From an uncultured Acidimicrobiaceae bacterium (GTDB lineage Bacteria > Actinomycetota > Acidimicrobiia > Spongiisociales > SHLN01), in NCBI GenBank assembly GCA_947259275.1, contig CAMYMH010000005.1, forward strand, positions 7,449-71,448: a stretch of 64,000 nt of DNA, given 5' to 3'. The position numbers and the translations under genes are program-made. Positions 8,768 through 20,832 of the stretch are shown piece after piece. The notes below the pieces were generated by a model. That model saw nothing but the letters and a program-made list of their open reading frames with translations. It searched no databases and was not told the DNA's origin. The stretch's first letter is position 1, and each line of letters begins with the position of its first letter.

Positions 8768-10219
8768 TTAGAACGGGAGGGCGCTGGTAACGACATCGAG
8801 GAGCGGCCCGGGCACGATTCCAAACGCAAGCGTGACCACCGCAACGCTGGTCAGCGCCAGCCTCACAGGATCGCCAACCCGGATGTCGGTTGGCGCAGGC
8901 GACTTTTCACCGTTCGGGCTCATATACATCAGCACGATCACCCGAAGATAGAAGAACAGGCCGGCTACTGAGGCCACGGCTCCCAGGACGGCCAGCCACA
9001 GGTACCCGGCATCGACCGCCTCCCGGAACACATACAGCTTGGAGAGGAACCCGGCGGTTAGCGGGATACCCGCCATCGAGAACATGAGCAGGGCCAGCGA
9101 GCCGGCCAGCACCGGCGCTCGCTGCGCCAGCCCGGCGTAGTCGGTGAGAGGGGACTTGGCCCCGCTCGGCCCGGACACCACCGAGACCACTGCGAACGCC
9201 CCGAGCACCTGGAACGCATAGGTCACCACGTAGAACCACACGTAGGGGACACCATCAATGCCGGCAACCAGGCCGGTGAGGATGAAACCCGCATGTGCAA
9301 TGGATGAGTAGGCCAGCATTCGCTTGATGTCGGATTGAGCGATTGCCAGCATGGTGCCGACTAGAACCGAGAGAGCCGCGATGGCACCAACTGCCGGTGC
9401 CCAATCGCTGATGTAGGGCCCATAGCTGGTGACGGTGATTCGAGCCAGCGCGGCAAAGCCCGCCACCTTGGCCCCGGCGGTCATAAAACCGCTCACACCG
9501 CTGGCGGCGCCCTGATAGACGTCCGGCGCCCACATGTGGAAGGGTGCGGCACTCACCTTGAAGGCCAGGCCGACGATGAGCAGCCCGATGCCGGCCAGTA
9601 GCGCGGCCGAATCGAGCAGCACGGTCTCGCCCAGGAACTCGGCGGTGTCGTACAACGACAAGGACCCGGTGGCCGCATAGCTGAGCGCAACGCCGTACAG
9701 GAACACCGCCGAGGCAAACGAGCCGAGCAGGAAGTACTTGATCGACGCCTCGTTCGACTCGGCCCGGTGGCGGTTGAACCCGGCCAGCACATACAGGCTG
9801 ATAGAAGCCACCTCGAGGGCGAGGAACAGCATGATGAAGTGAGCCGCCGCCGCCATCAGGATCATGCCGGCGAGCGCCAGCAGGACGAGGGCGATGAACT
9901 CCGCCGCCCGCCGCCCTTGCTCGACTACCAGGGGCCAGGCCACCAGCAAAGCCACCGCTCCCAGCACGGTCAGTACCACCGCCCCAAACGCGGCAAACGG
10001 ATCGAGTGCCAGCATGCCGCGGAAGCGAATGATGGGATCGTCGGAGGCCTCAACCCATTGAGCCACCGCCAGGATGAAACCCCCGAGCAAGCTGACTCCG
10101 GCGATAGCACCGAGCCAGGCGGTTGGCGGCTTCCAGGTGACCTCCACCAATAGGATGACCACCACCCCGAGCGTCAGGGCGGCAACCGGGCCGACGGCAA
10201 GGTATGAGATCTCCGTCAT
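8768..10219 (-). CDS. nuoN: NADH-quinone oxidoreductase subunit N
   Basis: 483 aa antiporter-like membrane subunit. It is the last gene of the 14-gene operon. Confidence 0.9.
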   Translation of the reverse strand: MTEISYLAVGPVAALTLGVVVILLVEVTWKPPTAWLGAIAGVSLLGGFILAVAQWVEASDDPIIRFRGMLALDPFAAFGAVVLTVLGAVALLVAWPLVVEQGRRAAEFIALVLLALAGMILMAAAAHFIMLFLALEVASISLYVLAGFNRHRAESNEASIKYFLLGSFASAVFLYGVALSYAATGSLSLYDTAEFLGETVLLDSAALLAGIGLLIVGLAFKVSAAPFHMWAPDVYQGAASGVSGFMTAGAKVAGFAALARITVTSYGPYISDWAPAVGAIAALSVLVGTMLAIAQSDIKRMLAYSSIAHAGFILTGLVAGIDGVPYVWFYVVTYAFQVLGAFAVVSVVSGPSGAKSPLTDYAGLAQRAPVLAGSLALLMFSMAGIPLTAGFLSKLYVFREAVDAGYLWLAVLGAVASVAGLFFYLRVIVLMYMSPNGEKSPAPTDIRVGDPVRLALTSVAVVTLAFGIVPGPLLDVVTSALPF

Positions 10220-11759
10220 TGGTCGTCCTCGGCCGGAACAACGGCGATATCGTCGATCCGGAGTGGCGGCTCGAAATCGGTCCGGTCTTCGATCCGGTCG
10301 AGCACCCGCTCAACCGCCGGCTCAATCCGGTCGAGTGCCGGTTTGGGATACACGCCGAGCAGTACCACCAGGGCCACCAGCGGCACCAGGATCCCGACTT
10401 CCCGCAGACCGAGGTCGGAGAGAACCCGGTTCTCCTCCTTGTCGGGCTCGCCGGTGAAGACGCGCTCGTAGGCCCACAACAGGTACACGGCGGCCAGCAG
10501 CACCCCGAAGGCGGCGATGATCGCCAGCACCGGGTAGCGGCCATAGCTGCCCAGCAGGATGAGGAATTCGCCAACGAACCCGTTGAGGCCCGGCAGGCCC
10601 GCCGAGGCGAAGGCGGTGAAGAGGAAGAAGCCGGCGAACCACGGCATCGCCTTCTGGAGCCCGCCATAGGCGGCGATCTCGCGCGTGTGGCGCCGTTCAT
10701 AGATCATTCCCACCAGCAAGAAGAGTGCGCCGGTGGTGAGTCCATGGTTGACCATCTGGATGACCCCTCCGGACACCCCCTGGGAAGTGAGCGCAAAGAT
10801 GCCGAGGACGACAAAGCCAAGGTGGCTGACCGAGGAGTAAGCGACCAGTCGCTTGAGGTCGGGCTGAACGATGGCGACGGCCGCTCCGTAGATGATGCCG
10901 AACACCCCGAGGGCGGCAAGGAAGCCGGCCAGCTGGACGGTGGCCTCGGGGAACAGGTTGAGGTTGAAGCGCAAGAACCCGTAGGTGCCCATCTTCAGGA
11001 GTACGCCGGCCAGCACCACCGAACCGGCGGTGGGGGCTTCGGTGTGGGCGTCCGGCAGCCAGGTGTGGAACGGAAACAACGGCACCTTGATGGCGAACGC
11101 AACCCCGAAGGCGCCAAACAGCCAATACTGCGCGCTCCGGGAGATGTCCAGATTGAGAAGCTCGAGGTAGTTGAACGTTGGGCTGCCGAACTGGTCGTTG
11201 GCCTGGGCCGACAAGAAGATGATTCCTACGAGCAGAAAGGCGGAGCCGAGGGCCGTATACAGGAAGAACTTGAGCGCGGCTTCGAGCCGGCGCTCACCGC
11301 CCCACAATCCGATCAGGAAGTACATCGGGACCAGGAGAACCTCGAAGAACACGAAGAACAACACCAGATCGAGCGCCAGGAACACTCCGATCAGCGCTCC
11401 CTCCAACAAGAGCACCGCCGCCATGAACTCCTTGCGACGGTCGGCCACGTTGACCGAAGCCAGGATGCTGATGGGAAACAGGAAGGCGGTCAACGCCACC
11501 AGGAACAGGCTGATGCCGTCGACTCCGAGGTGATAGTCGATACCGAGGTCGGGAGCGATGGCGGTCTTTTCGATGAACTGGAAGCCACCGTTGGCGGTCT
11601 CGAAGTCGAAAACGAGGAATCCGGCCAGGCCGAGAGTGAGCACGCTGAGAGCGAATGCCACTGGAACCACTAGCTCGGGACGGCGCCTCGGCAGACCGAT
11701 CACAACCGCGGCTCCGGCCACCGGCAGCCAGATGAGCAGGGAGAGCACGTTGAATCCCA

Positions 11760-11760
<1 letters not shown>
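10216..11760 (-). CDS. nuoM: NADH-quinone oxidoreductase subunit M
   Basis: Antiporter-like subunit. The conserved protein starts at MGFNVLSLLIWLP, with ATG at 11758-11760 overlapping the nuoL stop. The track ORF extends to 12147 through an Arg-rich stretch, probably spurious. Confidence 0.88.
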
Positions 11761-13661
<1,901 letters not shown>

Positions 13662-13665
13662 CCCG

Positions 13666-13971
13666 CTACCCCTTCAGTACTGCCAGGTCATCGACCGAAG
13701 CGCTCGCCCGGCGCCGGAAAACGGAGATCATGATGGCGAGCCCGACCACCACCTCAGCGGCCGCCACCACCATGACGAAGAAGACCGCTACCTGGCCGTT
13801 GAGGTCCCCGACGTGGCGTCCGATGGCCACGAAAGTCAGGTTGACGGCGTTGAGCATCAGCTCGATCGACATAAACATGACGAGCGCGTTTCGCCGCAGA
13901 AGCATGCCGCCTGCCCCGATGACGAACAACACCGCTCCCAGCGCCAGATACCAGCCCGCGGTTACTTCCAC
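13666..13971 (-). CDS. nuoK: NADH-quinone oxidoreductase subunit K
   Basis: 101 aa with three TM helices and the NuoK/ND4L motif ([13 protein letters not shown]). Confidence 0.9.
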   Translation of the reverse strand: MEVTAGWYLALGAVLFVIGAGGMLLRRNALVMFMSIELMLNAVNLTFVAIGRHVGDLNGQVAVFFVMVVAAAEVVVGLAIMISVFRRRASASVDDLAVLKG

Positions 13972-13984
13972 GTCGGTCCTTTAT

Positions 13985-14120
13985 CTTCCTTCCCCTCGAG
14001 GGGAAGGTGGACTCGGAGCGGAGCTCCGAGGACGGATGGGGGGAGGGCCTGAAGGAACAATGCCTCCCCCACCCCGTCTCCGCCTTCGGCGGAGCCACCC
14101 CGCCCTCCAGGGCGGGGAGC
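13985..14120. repeat. multi-hairpin repetitive element (copy C) in the nuoJ-nuoK intergenic spacer
   Basis: ttcccctcgaggggaagg tggactcggagcggagctccgag gacggatgggggga ... cccccaccccgtctccgccttcggcggagccaccccgccctccagggcgggga. It consists of four or more perfect stem-loops with 3-nt loops. Confidence 0.75.
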
Positions 14121-14143
14121 GGAGGCAGAGACGGAAACCCGAG

Positions 14144-14665
14144 TCACTCTTCCGCCCCCCCTCGCCGGCGAGGGCTGAACTGAGCGAGGGCGACGGCGCC
14201 AACCGATGCGATGATCAACAGCAGCGTCGTGACCTCGAACGGAAGCAACCAGTCGGTGAATATCAAGTCGGCGATCGCCTCAACCGACCCGTTCGGCTCC
14301 GAGGCCGACGCGGGCGCCGTGATCCAGGCATTGCCCCCGATCAGGCCGATGAGAACCAAAAAGGCAACCCCGAGACCGATGGCGAGCTGGCGCTGCATCG
14401 GCAGTCGCTCTTCGAGGTTTTCGGCCCGATCGACGCCGATCAGCATGATCACGAAGAGGAACAGCGTCATCACCGCCCCGGCGTAAACCACTACCTGCAC
14501 GGCGGCGATGAAGTGACCGGAGTTGACCACGTAGAACACCGCGATCGAAAGCATGGTGGCCATGAGCCCGAGGGCGCCGTAGACCGGGTTGGGGTGCAGC
14601 ACCATGGAGAGCGCGCCGGCAACCGCGATCAACCCGAAGACGATGAACAGCACCAGCTCCACCAT
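14144..14665 (-). CDS. nuoJ: NADH-quinone oxidoreductase subunit J
   Basis: 173 aa. NuoJ/ND6-like membrane protein. Confidence 0.88.
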   Translation of the reverse strand: MVELVLFIVFGLIAVAGALSMVLHPNPVYGALGLMATMLSIAVFYVVNSGHFIAAVQVVVYAGAVMTLFLFVIMLIGVDRAENLEERLPMQRQLAIGLGVAFLVLIGLIGGNAWITAPASASEPNGSVEAIADLIFTDWLLPFEVTTLLLIIASVGAVALAQFSPRRRGGAEE

Positions 14666-15306
14666 CAGTCGCCCTCCTCCTCATCGACGGCTCCCGGCGG
14701 CGCCGGTGCCTGGCCCTGCTCGGGTGGACGGAGGCCGACCCCGGCCGACGGCGTCCAGCCCGGCACCCCTTCGTAGGCGGCTCGACCGGAGGGGGCGGTA
14801 GCGCGCATCCATCCGTCGGCGAGCCTGAGCTCCTGTAAGTCAATGAGGGGACCGTCCGGCTGGGGGTGGTTGGGGGACCCATCCTCATTCACCAGCAGCT
14901 CGTCGCGGGTGTAGATGGCCTCGCCCCTCGTGGTGACCGACATCTCGAAGAGCTGGGTCATGGTGATGGCCTCGGTCGGGCAGGCCTCGACGCACAAACC
15001 GCAGAATATGCAGCGCAGCATGTTGATCTCGTAGATGAACCCGTAGCGCTCCCCGGGGCTGACCGGCGCCTCGGGCGGGTTGTCGGCACCTCGTACATAT
15101 ATGCAGCGAGCCGGACACACCCCGGCACACAGCTCGCATCCAATGCATTTCTCCATCCCGTCGGCGTGGCGATTGAGCACATGGCGGCCGTGGAAGCGCT
15201 GCGGTTTGACCCGGGTTTCTTGCGGATAGGAGGTGGTGACCCGGGGCCGGAACATCTGGCGAAAGGTCACCGCCAGGCCCTTGGCGAAGGTGGTTACGAG
15301 GCCCAT
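14665..15306 (-). CDS. nuoI: NADH-quinone oxidoreductase subunit I (2x[4Fe-4S] ferredoxin)
   Basis: CIGCELCAGVCP and CIFCGLCVEACP motifs. Confidence 0.93.
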   Translation of the reverse strand: MGLVTTFAKGLAVTFRQMFRPRVTTSYPQETRVKPQRFHGRHVLNRHADGMEKCIGCELCAGVCPARCIYVRGADNPPEAPVSPGERYGFIYEINMLRCIFCGLCVEACPTEAITMTQLFEMSVTTRGEAIYTRDELLVNEDGSPNHPQPDGPLIDLQELRLADGWMRATAPSGRAAYEGVPGWTPSAGVGLRPPEQGQAPAPPGAVDEEEGD

Positions 15307-16394
15307 GGTGCTCCAAACTCGTCGAAGGCCTGGGCCACCGCAACGAAGATCATCCAGATGAGCGTGCCGGGGATGAGCCGCTTCCAGCCAAGCTCCATTA
15401 GCTGGTCATATCGCAGGCGGGGCAGGGTGGCCCGCACCCAGAAGAAGACGAAGACAATGGCGAACGTCTTGAGCGCGAACCACAGGATCGGGAAGATCCA
15501 GGTGATCGACGACGGCAATGAGCCGTCCCAGGTTGGCCCATTCCAACCGCCGAGGAAGATGGTGGCGGTCAGTGCAGACATCGTAAAGATGTTGATGTAC
15601 TCGGCCAGGAAGAACAGGGCGAAGCGCAGTCCCGAATACTCGGTGTGGAAGCCACCAACCAGCTCGTTTTCGGCTTCGACGAGATCGAAGGGGGCCCGGT
15701 TGGTTTCGGCGATGGCGGCCATGAGGAAGAACACGAAGGACGGCAGCAGGATGATGTTCCAGGCAGGAAACAGGTCGAGGAACTTGCCGGATTGCCCTTC
15801 CACCAGCCCGGCGACCGACAGCGTTCCCTCGTAGATCACCACCGGAACCAGTGCCAACCCGAGGGCGGCCTCGTAGCTGATCGCCTGGGCGGTGGCCCGG
15901 ACCCCGCCCAGCAGTGGATACTTGGAACCCGACGACCAGCCGGCCAGCACCACTGCGTAGACGGCCATGGAGGAGACTGCCAGCACGAAGAGCAGCCCGA
16001 CGTTGAGGTCCATCGCCTGGAGGGTGATCTCCCGGTCGCCGATGAAGAACGGGCGTCCGATCGGCACCACCAGGAACATGAGCAGCGCCGGGACCAGGGC
16101 GAGGATGGGTGCCAGCAGATATACGGTCTTCTCTACCCGGTTGGGCGTGATCGGCTCCTTGAAGAACAGCTTGACTCCGTCGGCAAGGGCTTGCAGCAAA
16201 CCCCACGGCCCCGCTCGGTAGGGCCCGATCCGGTTCTGCATGTCGGCGAGAATCTTTCGTTCCGCCCAGATGAGCAGGAGGGTCGCCACCAGCATGACGG
16301 CGAAGGCGGCCACCACCTTGACCACCACGATGAGAACGTCGATCCAATCGGTCACAAGTGCTCCTCCCCATCGCGGGGCGAATGGACCAGGCAA
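15294..16394 (-). CDS. nuoH: NADH-quinone oxidoreductase subunit H
   Basis: 366 aa. NuoH/ND1 family (QNRIGPYRAGPWGLLQALADGVKLFFKEP). Confidence 0.92.
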   Translation of the reverse strand: MPGPFAPRWGGALVTDWIDVLIVVVKVVAAFAVMLVATLLLIWAERKILADMQNRIGPYRAGPWGLLQALADGVKLFFKEPITPNRVEKTVYLLAPILALVPALLMFLVVPIGRPFFIGDREITLQAMDLNVGLLFVLAVSSMAVYAVVLAGWSSGSKYPLLGGVRATAQAISYEAALGLALVPVVIYEGTLSVAGLVEGQSGKFLDLFPAWNIILLPSFVFFLMAAIAETNRAPFDLVEAENELVGGFHTEYSGLRFALFFLAEYINIFTMSALTATIFLGGWNGPTWDGSLPSSITWIFPILWFALKTFAIVFVFFWVRATLPRLRYDQLMELGWKRLIPGTLIWMIFVAVAQAFDEFGAPWAS

Positions 16395-16416
16395 GCCGAG
16401 TTTGGGTAAGGCGGCA

Positions 16417-18849
16417 TCACAGCACCTCGAGCTTCACTTCCAGCCCGTCACCGATGCCGACGCCGTCCTCTTGATTGAACGGAACATATACGGCGCCGTC
16501 GGGCAGGCTGGGATCGTGGCGCACCTCGAGATCGGCCGACCCGGCCGAGCCGGTCACCCGCACCAGCGCCCGGTCGGCGATTCCCAAGCGAGCGCCGTCT
16601 TGCGGACTGACAAAGGCGTAGGCACCGGGTGCCAGCCGGGCAAGCGACAGCCCGAACCGGACGTGAACGCCGTCGTCATAGAGAGTGCGGGCTGAGTGGA
16701 GGGCCAGACGAGCGGCCCGGGACGGGACCCCGATATCGACCGGGACGTAGCGGAGGGGCTGCTCGCCGTCTTCGGTTGGGACGACCACGCCCTCGCGGCC
16801 CGGTCCCCACGCCAGCTGCTCCCAGGACAGTCCGCGGTAGGCAGGCGCCGCCTGGGTGATCTCCTTGAGGATGGCCTCGGCCGAGACTGCCCCGATCGAG
16901 GAGCCGAGCGCCGATGCGACGTCCTCGAAGATCGACCAGGGGGGCCGGGATTGGCCGGGCCCGGCCACCAGCCGGGCAACCTTCTGTACCCGGCCTTCCA
17001 GGTTGGTCACGGTCCCGTCTACCTCGGTGAAGCCTTCAGCGGGCAGAACGATGTGGGCCATGCGGGACGAGTGGGTGAGGAACTGGTCGATGGCCACGAT
17101 GAGGTTGGCTTGTTCGAGGGCGGTCCGGGCGGTCACCTGGTCCGGGAAGTCGCGCACCGGGTCGGCGCCAAACAGGAACAGGCTCTGGATGTGGCCGTCG
17201 GCGAGCCCGGCGATGATGCCGGCCGCATCACGGCCGGTGGTGTCCGGGATGGGGGTAGCCCACTCGACGGCGAGAGCGGCGCGGGCCTCGGGGCTTGCCA
17301 AGGCGGCCCGACCGGGCAGCAGAGACGGCGCCACGCCCATGTCGAGGGCACCGAAGAGGTTGGAACGGCGGGCAAGCGGCATGATCCTGGCATCGGGGAG
17401 GTCGCGGACGAACGCCGCCACCGCTTCGGCCAGCATCGGGTCCTCGGTGTAGCCGGTACGTCCGATGAGACCGACCACCGGCCCCCCGTCCATGAGAAGC
17501 TGACGCACCTCGGCCAGCTCCCCGCGACCGGTGCGCAGCGACTCGAGAGTCTTTGGCCCGCTCCCCGGCACATAGGAGACCGTGCGGGTGGCCACATCAT
17601 GCAAGCCGGTCCGCCGGGGATGAATAACGATGAGGCCGGCACCCTCCAGGACGGCCTGGCGCACTCGCAAGTAGAGGACCGGGAGCTCCTCCTTCAGGTC
17701 GGGCCCCCAAACCAGGATGGTGCCGGCGGTGTCGAGGTCGGGAATCGTGGCCCGGGGTGTGGCGGCCAGGAATTGAGGGTTGAGCCCGTCGTCGAGCTGG
17801 GCGTCGAGGTGGTTGGTCCCGATTACTCCCCGCAGCAGCTTTCCGAAGGCGTAGGCATCTTCGTTGGTGCCCCGAGTGCCACCGAGGCCGGCAACGCTGT
17901 CTGGCCCGTGCTCGGCGATGATGTCCTGCAGCCATTGTGAGAGCACCTGAAGGGCGGCATTCCAGCTGGTTTCCTCGAATTCACCGTCCTCCCGGCGTAC
18001 CAGCGGAGTGGTCAGGCGCTCGGAGGACCCGATGTACTCGAAGCCGAAGCGGCCCTTGTCACACAGCCACCCCTGGTTGGTTGGCTCATTGTCCACTCCC
18101 AGAAAACGGAGCACCTGATTCTGGGACGACTGGACGCTGATCCGGCACCCGACCGCGCAGTGGGGACAGGTGGACTCAACGGCTTCCAGGTCCCAGGGAC
18201 GGGCCCGGAACCGATAGGGTCGAGCGGTGAGGGCTCCCACCGGGCAGATCTGGACGGTGTTGCCCGAGAAGTATGAGCGGAACGGCTCGTCCGGGAAGGT
18301 GAGCACCTGGGTGTAGTTGCCCCGGTCCTGGAATTCGATAAGCGGATCGCCCGACACCTCATCGGAGAAGCGGGTACAGCGCGCACACAGAATGCAGCGC
18401 TCCCGGTCAAGCAACACCAGCTCGGAGATGTCGATCGGCTTCTCGTAATGGCGCTTCTCCTCAACGAACCGGCTCTCGCCCGGCCCGTAGGCCATGGTCT
18501 GATCTTGCAGCGGGCACTCGCCTCCCCGGTCGCACACCGGACAATCGAGCGGATGATTGATCAGCAGGAACTCGAGGACGCCTTCCTGGGCCTTCTTGAC
18601 GACGTCGGACTTGGTGTCGACCACCATGCCGTCACTGCACGGCATGGTGCAGGAGGTCGTGAGCATGGGGCCTCGCCCGGTGTCGACCTCCACCAGACAC
18701 ATGCGGCACATGCCGACCGGCTTCATGCGTTTGTGCCAGCAGAACCGGGGAATGTAGGTCCCGGCGTCCTGAGCCGCCTGTATCAGGAGCGACCCGCCGG
18801 CGGCCTGGTGCTCGGTGCCATCGATGGTGATGGTGACCGGATCAGACAC
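16417..18849 (-). CDS. nuoG: NADH-quinone oxidoreductase subunit G (75 kDa, Fe-S/molybdopterin-like)
   Basis: 810 aa. N-terminal 2Fe-2S and 4Fe-4S cysteine clusters (CWHKRMKPVGMCRMCLV, CPVCDRGGEC, CILCARC). Confidence 0.93.
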   Translation of the reverse strand: MSDPVTITIDGTEHQAAGGSLLIQAAQDAGTYIPRFCWHKRMKPVGMCRMCLVEVDTGRGPMLTTSCTMPCSDGMVVDTKSDVVKKAQEGVLEFLLINHPLDCPVCDRGGECPLQDQTMAYGPGESRFVEEKRHYEKPIDISELVLLDRERCILCARCTRFSDEVSGDPLIEFQDRGNYTQVLTFPDEPFRSYFSGNTVQICPVGALTARPYRFRARPWDLEAVESTCPHCAVGCRISVQSSQNQVLRFLGVDNEPTNQGWLCDKGRFGFEYIGSSERLTTPLVRREDGEFEETSWNAALQVLSQWLQDIIAEHGPDSVAGLGGTRGTNEDAYAFGKLLRGVIGTNHLDAQLDDGLNPQFLAATPRATIPDLDTAGTILVWGPDLKEELPVLYLRVRQAVLEGAGLIVIHPRRTGLHDVATRTVSYVPGSGPKTLESLRTGRGELAEVRQLLMDGGPVVGLIGRTGYTEDPMLAEAVAAFVRDLPDARIMPLARRSNLFGALDMGVAPSLLPGRAALASPEARAALAVEWATPIPDTTGRDAAGIIAGLADGHIQSLFLFGADPVRDFPDQVTARTALEQANLIVAIDQFLTHSSRMAHIVLPAEGFTEVDGTVTNLEGRVQKVARLVAGPGQSRPPWSIFEDVASALGSSIGAVSAEAILKEITQAAPAYRGLSWEQLAWGPGREGVVVPTEDGEQPLRYVPVDIGVPSRAARLALHSARTLYDDGVHVRFGLSLARLAPGAYAFVSPQDGARLGIADRALVRVTGSAGSADLEVRHDPSLPDGAVYVPFNQEDGVGIGDGLEVKLEVL

Positions 18850-20125
18850 TTGCCACTCCTGCCGGAATCATGGCCTCGATCTCGTCCCGGAAATTACTGA
18901 GGATGGATGTCACGGGCGACACTGCCGAGGGACCGAGCGGGCAAATCGTGGTCATCTTGGGCGGCCAGCCGAGTCCCGGCGCGATGTTGTCCGACACGTC
19001 GAGCAGCAAATCGAGATCAATCGGCCTGCCTTCGCCGCGCAGTATGCGCGCCAGCACCATCTCGAGCCACGAAGTTCCCTCCCGGCACGGCGTGCATTGG
19101 CCGCACGACTCGTGGGCGAAGAAGCTGACGATGCTGTGGGCGGCTTCGACCACATTGGTGGTCTCGTCCATGACGACGATGGCGCCCGAGCCGAGCATCG
19201 AGCCGGCGCTTCCGACATCGTCGATGGTGATTGGCACGTCGAGCTGGTCGCCCGTGAACCACGGAGCCGAGGCTCCACCCGGTATGAGGCATTTGACCGC
19301 CCGGTCCTCCCGCACCCCGCCGCCATATTCCTCGATGAACTCCCCAAACGTCATGCCCATGACGATTTCGTAGTTGCCGGGTTTGCGTACGTGACCGGAC
19401 AGGCTGAACAGCCGGGTGCCTGAGGACCCCTCCGGGCCGATAGCCGCGTAGGCGGCGCCACCGTTGGCAATGATCCACGGCAGGTTGGAAAGCGTCTCGA
19501 CATTGTTCACAATGGTCGGCTTTCCATACAGGCCTTCAACCGCCGGGAAGGGGGGCTTGATGCGTGGCTCGCCCCGCTTGCCCTCCAGGCTGTTCAGCAA
19601 CGCAGTTTCCTCACCGCAGATGTAGGCCCCGGCTCCCAGGTGCAGAGTGACGTTGAGGTCGAAGCCGCTTCCGAAAATGTCTTCGCCGAGGTAGCCGGCC
19701 TCGTACGCCTCGGCCAGGGCTCGTTCCACCCGGCGGGCCGGTTTGGGGTATTCGCCGCGGATGTAGACGAACGCCTCATGACAGTCAATGGCGTAGGCCG
19801 CGATGATGATGCCCTCGATGAGCTGATGGGGATCGCGCTCGAGTAGCTGGCGGTCCTTGAAGGTTCCCGGTTCGGATTCGTCACCGTTGACGACCAGATA
19901 GCGGGGGCGAGTTTCTGCCGGAAGGAAGCCCCACTTGACGCCGCATGGGAAGCCGGCCCCCCCTCGGCCACGCAGGTTGGAGGCTTTGACCTCTTCGTGG
20001 CACTTCTCCGCGGTCATCTGGGTGATCGCCTTGCGGGCAGCCTGGTACCCGTCGGTGGCCAAATAGCGCTCGAGGGTGTGGCTGTCGCTCGGGTGGGCCT
20101 CCATGCGGGCGGTGAGGATCTTCAT
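18842..20125 (-). CDS. nuoF: NADH-quinone oxidoreductase subunit F (51 kDa, NADH/FMN-binding)
   Basis: 427 aa. GRGGAGFPCGVKW FMN/NADH site and C-terminal ESCGQCTPCREG 4Fe-4S motif. Confidence 0.95.
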   Translation of the reverse strand: MKILTARMEAHPSDSHTLERYLATDGYQAARKAITQMTAEKCHEEVKASNLRGRGGAGFPCGVKWGFLPAETRPRYLVVNGDESEPGTFKDRQLLERDPHQLIEGIIIAAYAIDCHEAFVYIRGEYPKPARRVERALAEAYEAGYLGEDIFGSGFDLNVTLHLGAGAYICGEETALLNSLEGKRGEPRIKPPFPAVEGLYGKPTIVNNVETLSNLPWIIANGGAAYAAIGPEGSSGTRLFSLSGHVRKPGNYEIVMGMTFGEFIEEYGGGVREDRAVKCLIPGGASAPWFTGDQLDVPITIDDVGSAGSMLGSGAIVVMDETTNVVEAAHSIVSFFAHESCGQCTPCREGTSWLEMVLARILRGEGRPIDLDLLLDVSDNIAPGLGWPPKMTTICPLGPSAVSPVTSILSNFRDEIEAMIPAGVASV

Positions 20126-20739
20126 GAGCCTTCACCGGTCGAGCCAAGGCCTTCCAGAGCCGGAAGGGGACCAACCGAGCCGGTGGAGTCGGCCGGGCCC
20201 CAGTCGAAGCTGCGCCGGCCTCCGAACAGGGCCTGCATCTCGTCGCCGTTGACCACCGGAGGCGAGGCGTCGCGTAACCATTGCACGAGCGATCGGGCCT
20301 GGTCGGGGTTGACTCCTTCAATCAGCTCGTAGTTGACCTGGACGGCGGGGGCACCGCCGCAGGCGCCGATGCATTCAACATGCTCGACTGACACCTGCCC
20401 CTCAGGGTCGGTCTCGCCGGCGGGGACACCCGCCTCGTCTTCGATGGCGGCGAGCACGCGCTTGGCTCCCAGCAACCCGCATGAGATCGAACTGCAAACC
20501 GAAACGAGGTATTTGCCCACCGCCTGCCGCTTGTACATCGTGTAGAAGGTGGCGGCCGCGGATACCTGTACCGAGGTCAGGCCGACCAGTCCGGCAACTT
20601 CCCGGATCGCCTCATCGGTGAGATACCCGTGTTCGGACATGGCGAGGTAGAGCAGCGGCATGACTGCGGAGCGCTTGTCGGGGTAGGACGACAGGATCTT
20701 CTCGACGCGGGGTGTTGTAGTCCAGTCAGCCAATGACAC
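20122..20739 (-). CDS. nuoE: NADH-quinone oxidoreductase subunit E (24 kDa, 2Fe-2S)
   Basis: 205 aa. Thioredoxin-like 2Fe-2S motifs (CSSISCGLLG ... CIGACGGAP). Confidence 0.92.
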   Translation of the reverse strand: MSLADWTTTPRVEKILSSYPDKRSAVMPLLYLAMSEHGYLTDEAIREVAGLVGLTSVQVSAAATFYTMYKRQAVGKYLVSVCSSISCGLLGAKRVLAAIEDEAGVPAGETDPEGQVSVEHVECIGACGGAPAVQVNYELIEGVNPDQARSLVQWLRDASPPVVNGDEMQALFGGRRSFDWGPADSTGSVGPLPALEGLGSTGEGS

Positions 20740-20832
20740 GTCCCCAGTCCCCCGTCCTCCGTCCCCGGTCCAGAACCGCGAGACCCGGGATCGGGTCGGG
20801 GGTCGGGTGCCGGGGGTTGGGGGTCGGACGGC

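Noticed and set aside
8089-8844. 251-aa ORF on the minus strand spanning the tandem repeat array, with recurring EDGWGET / HPALRAG peptides
   Set aside because: The internal periodicity only reflects the DNA repeats, the sequence is Arg/Pro/Gly-rich, and there is no start context. It is judged a translation of the repeat array, not a gene.
10204-11673. 489-aa plus-strand ORF (His/Glu/Gln/Arg-rich) antisense to nuoM/nuoN
   Set aside because: A typical high-GC antisense open frame with a low-complexity biased translation. The opposite strand encodes strongly conserved Nuo subunits.
16696-17940. 414-aa plus-strand ORF antisense to nuoG
   Set aside because: Antisense artefact. The Gly/Arg/Asp-rich translation has no motifs.
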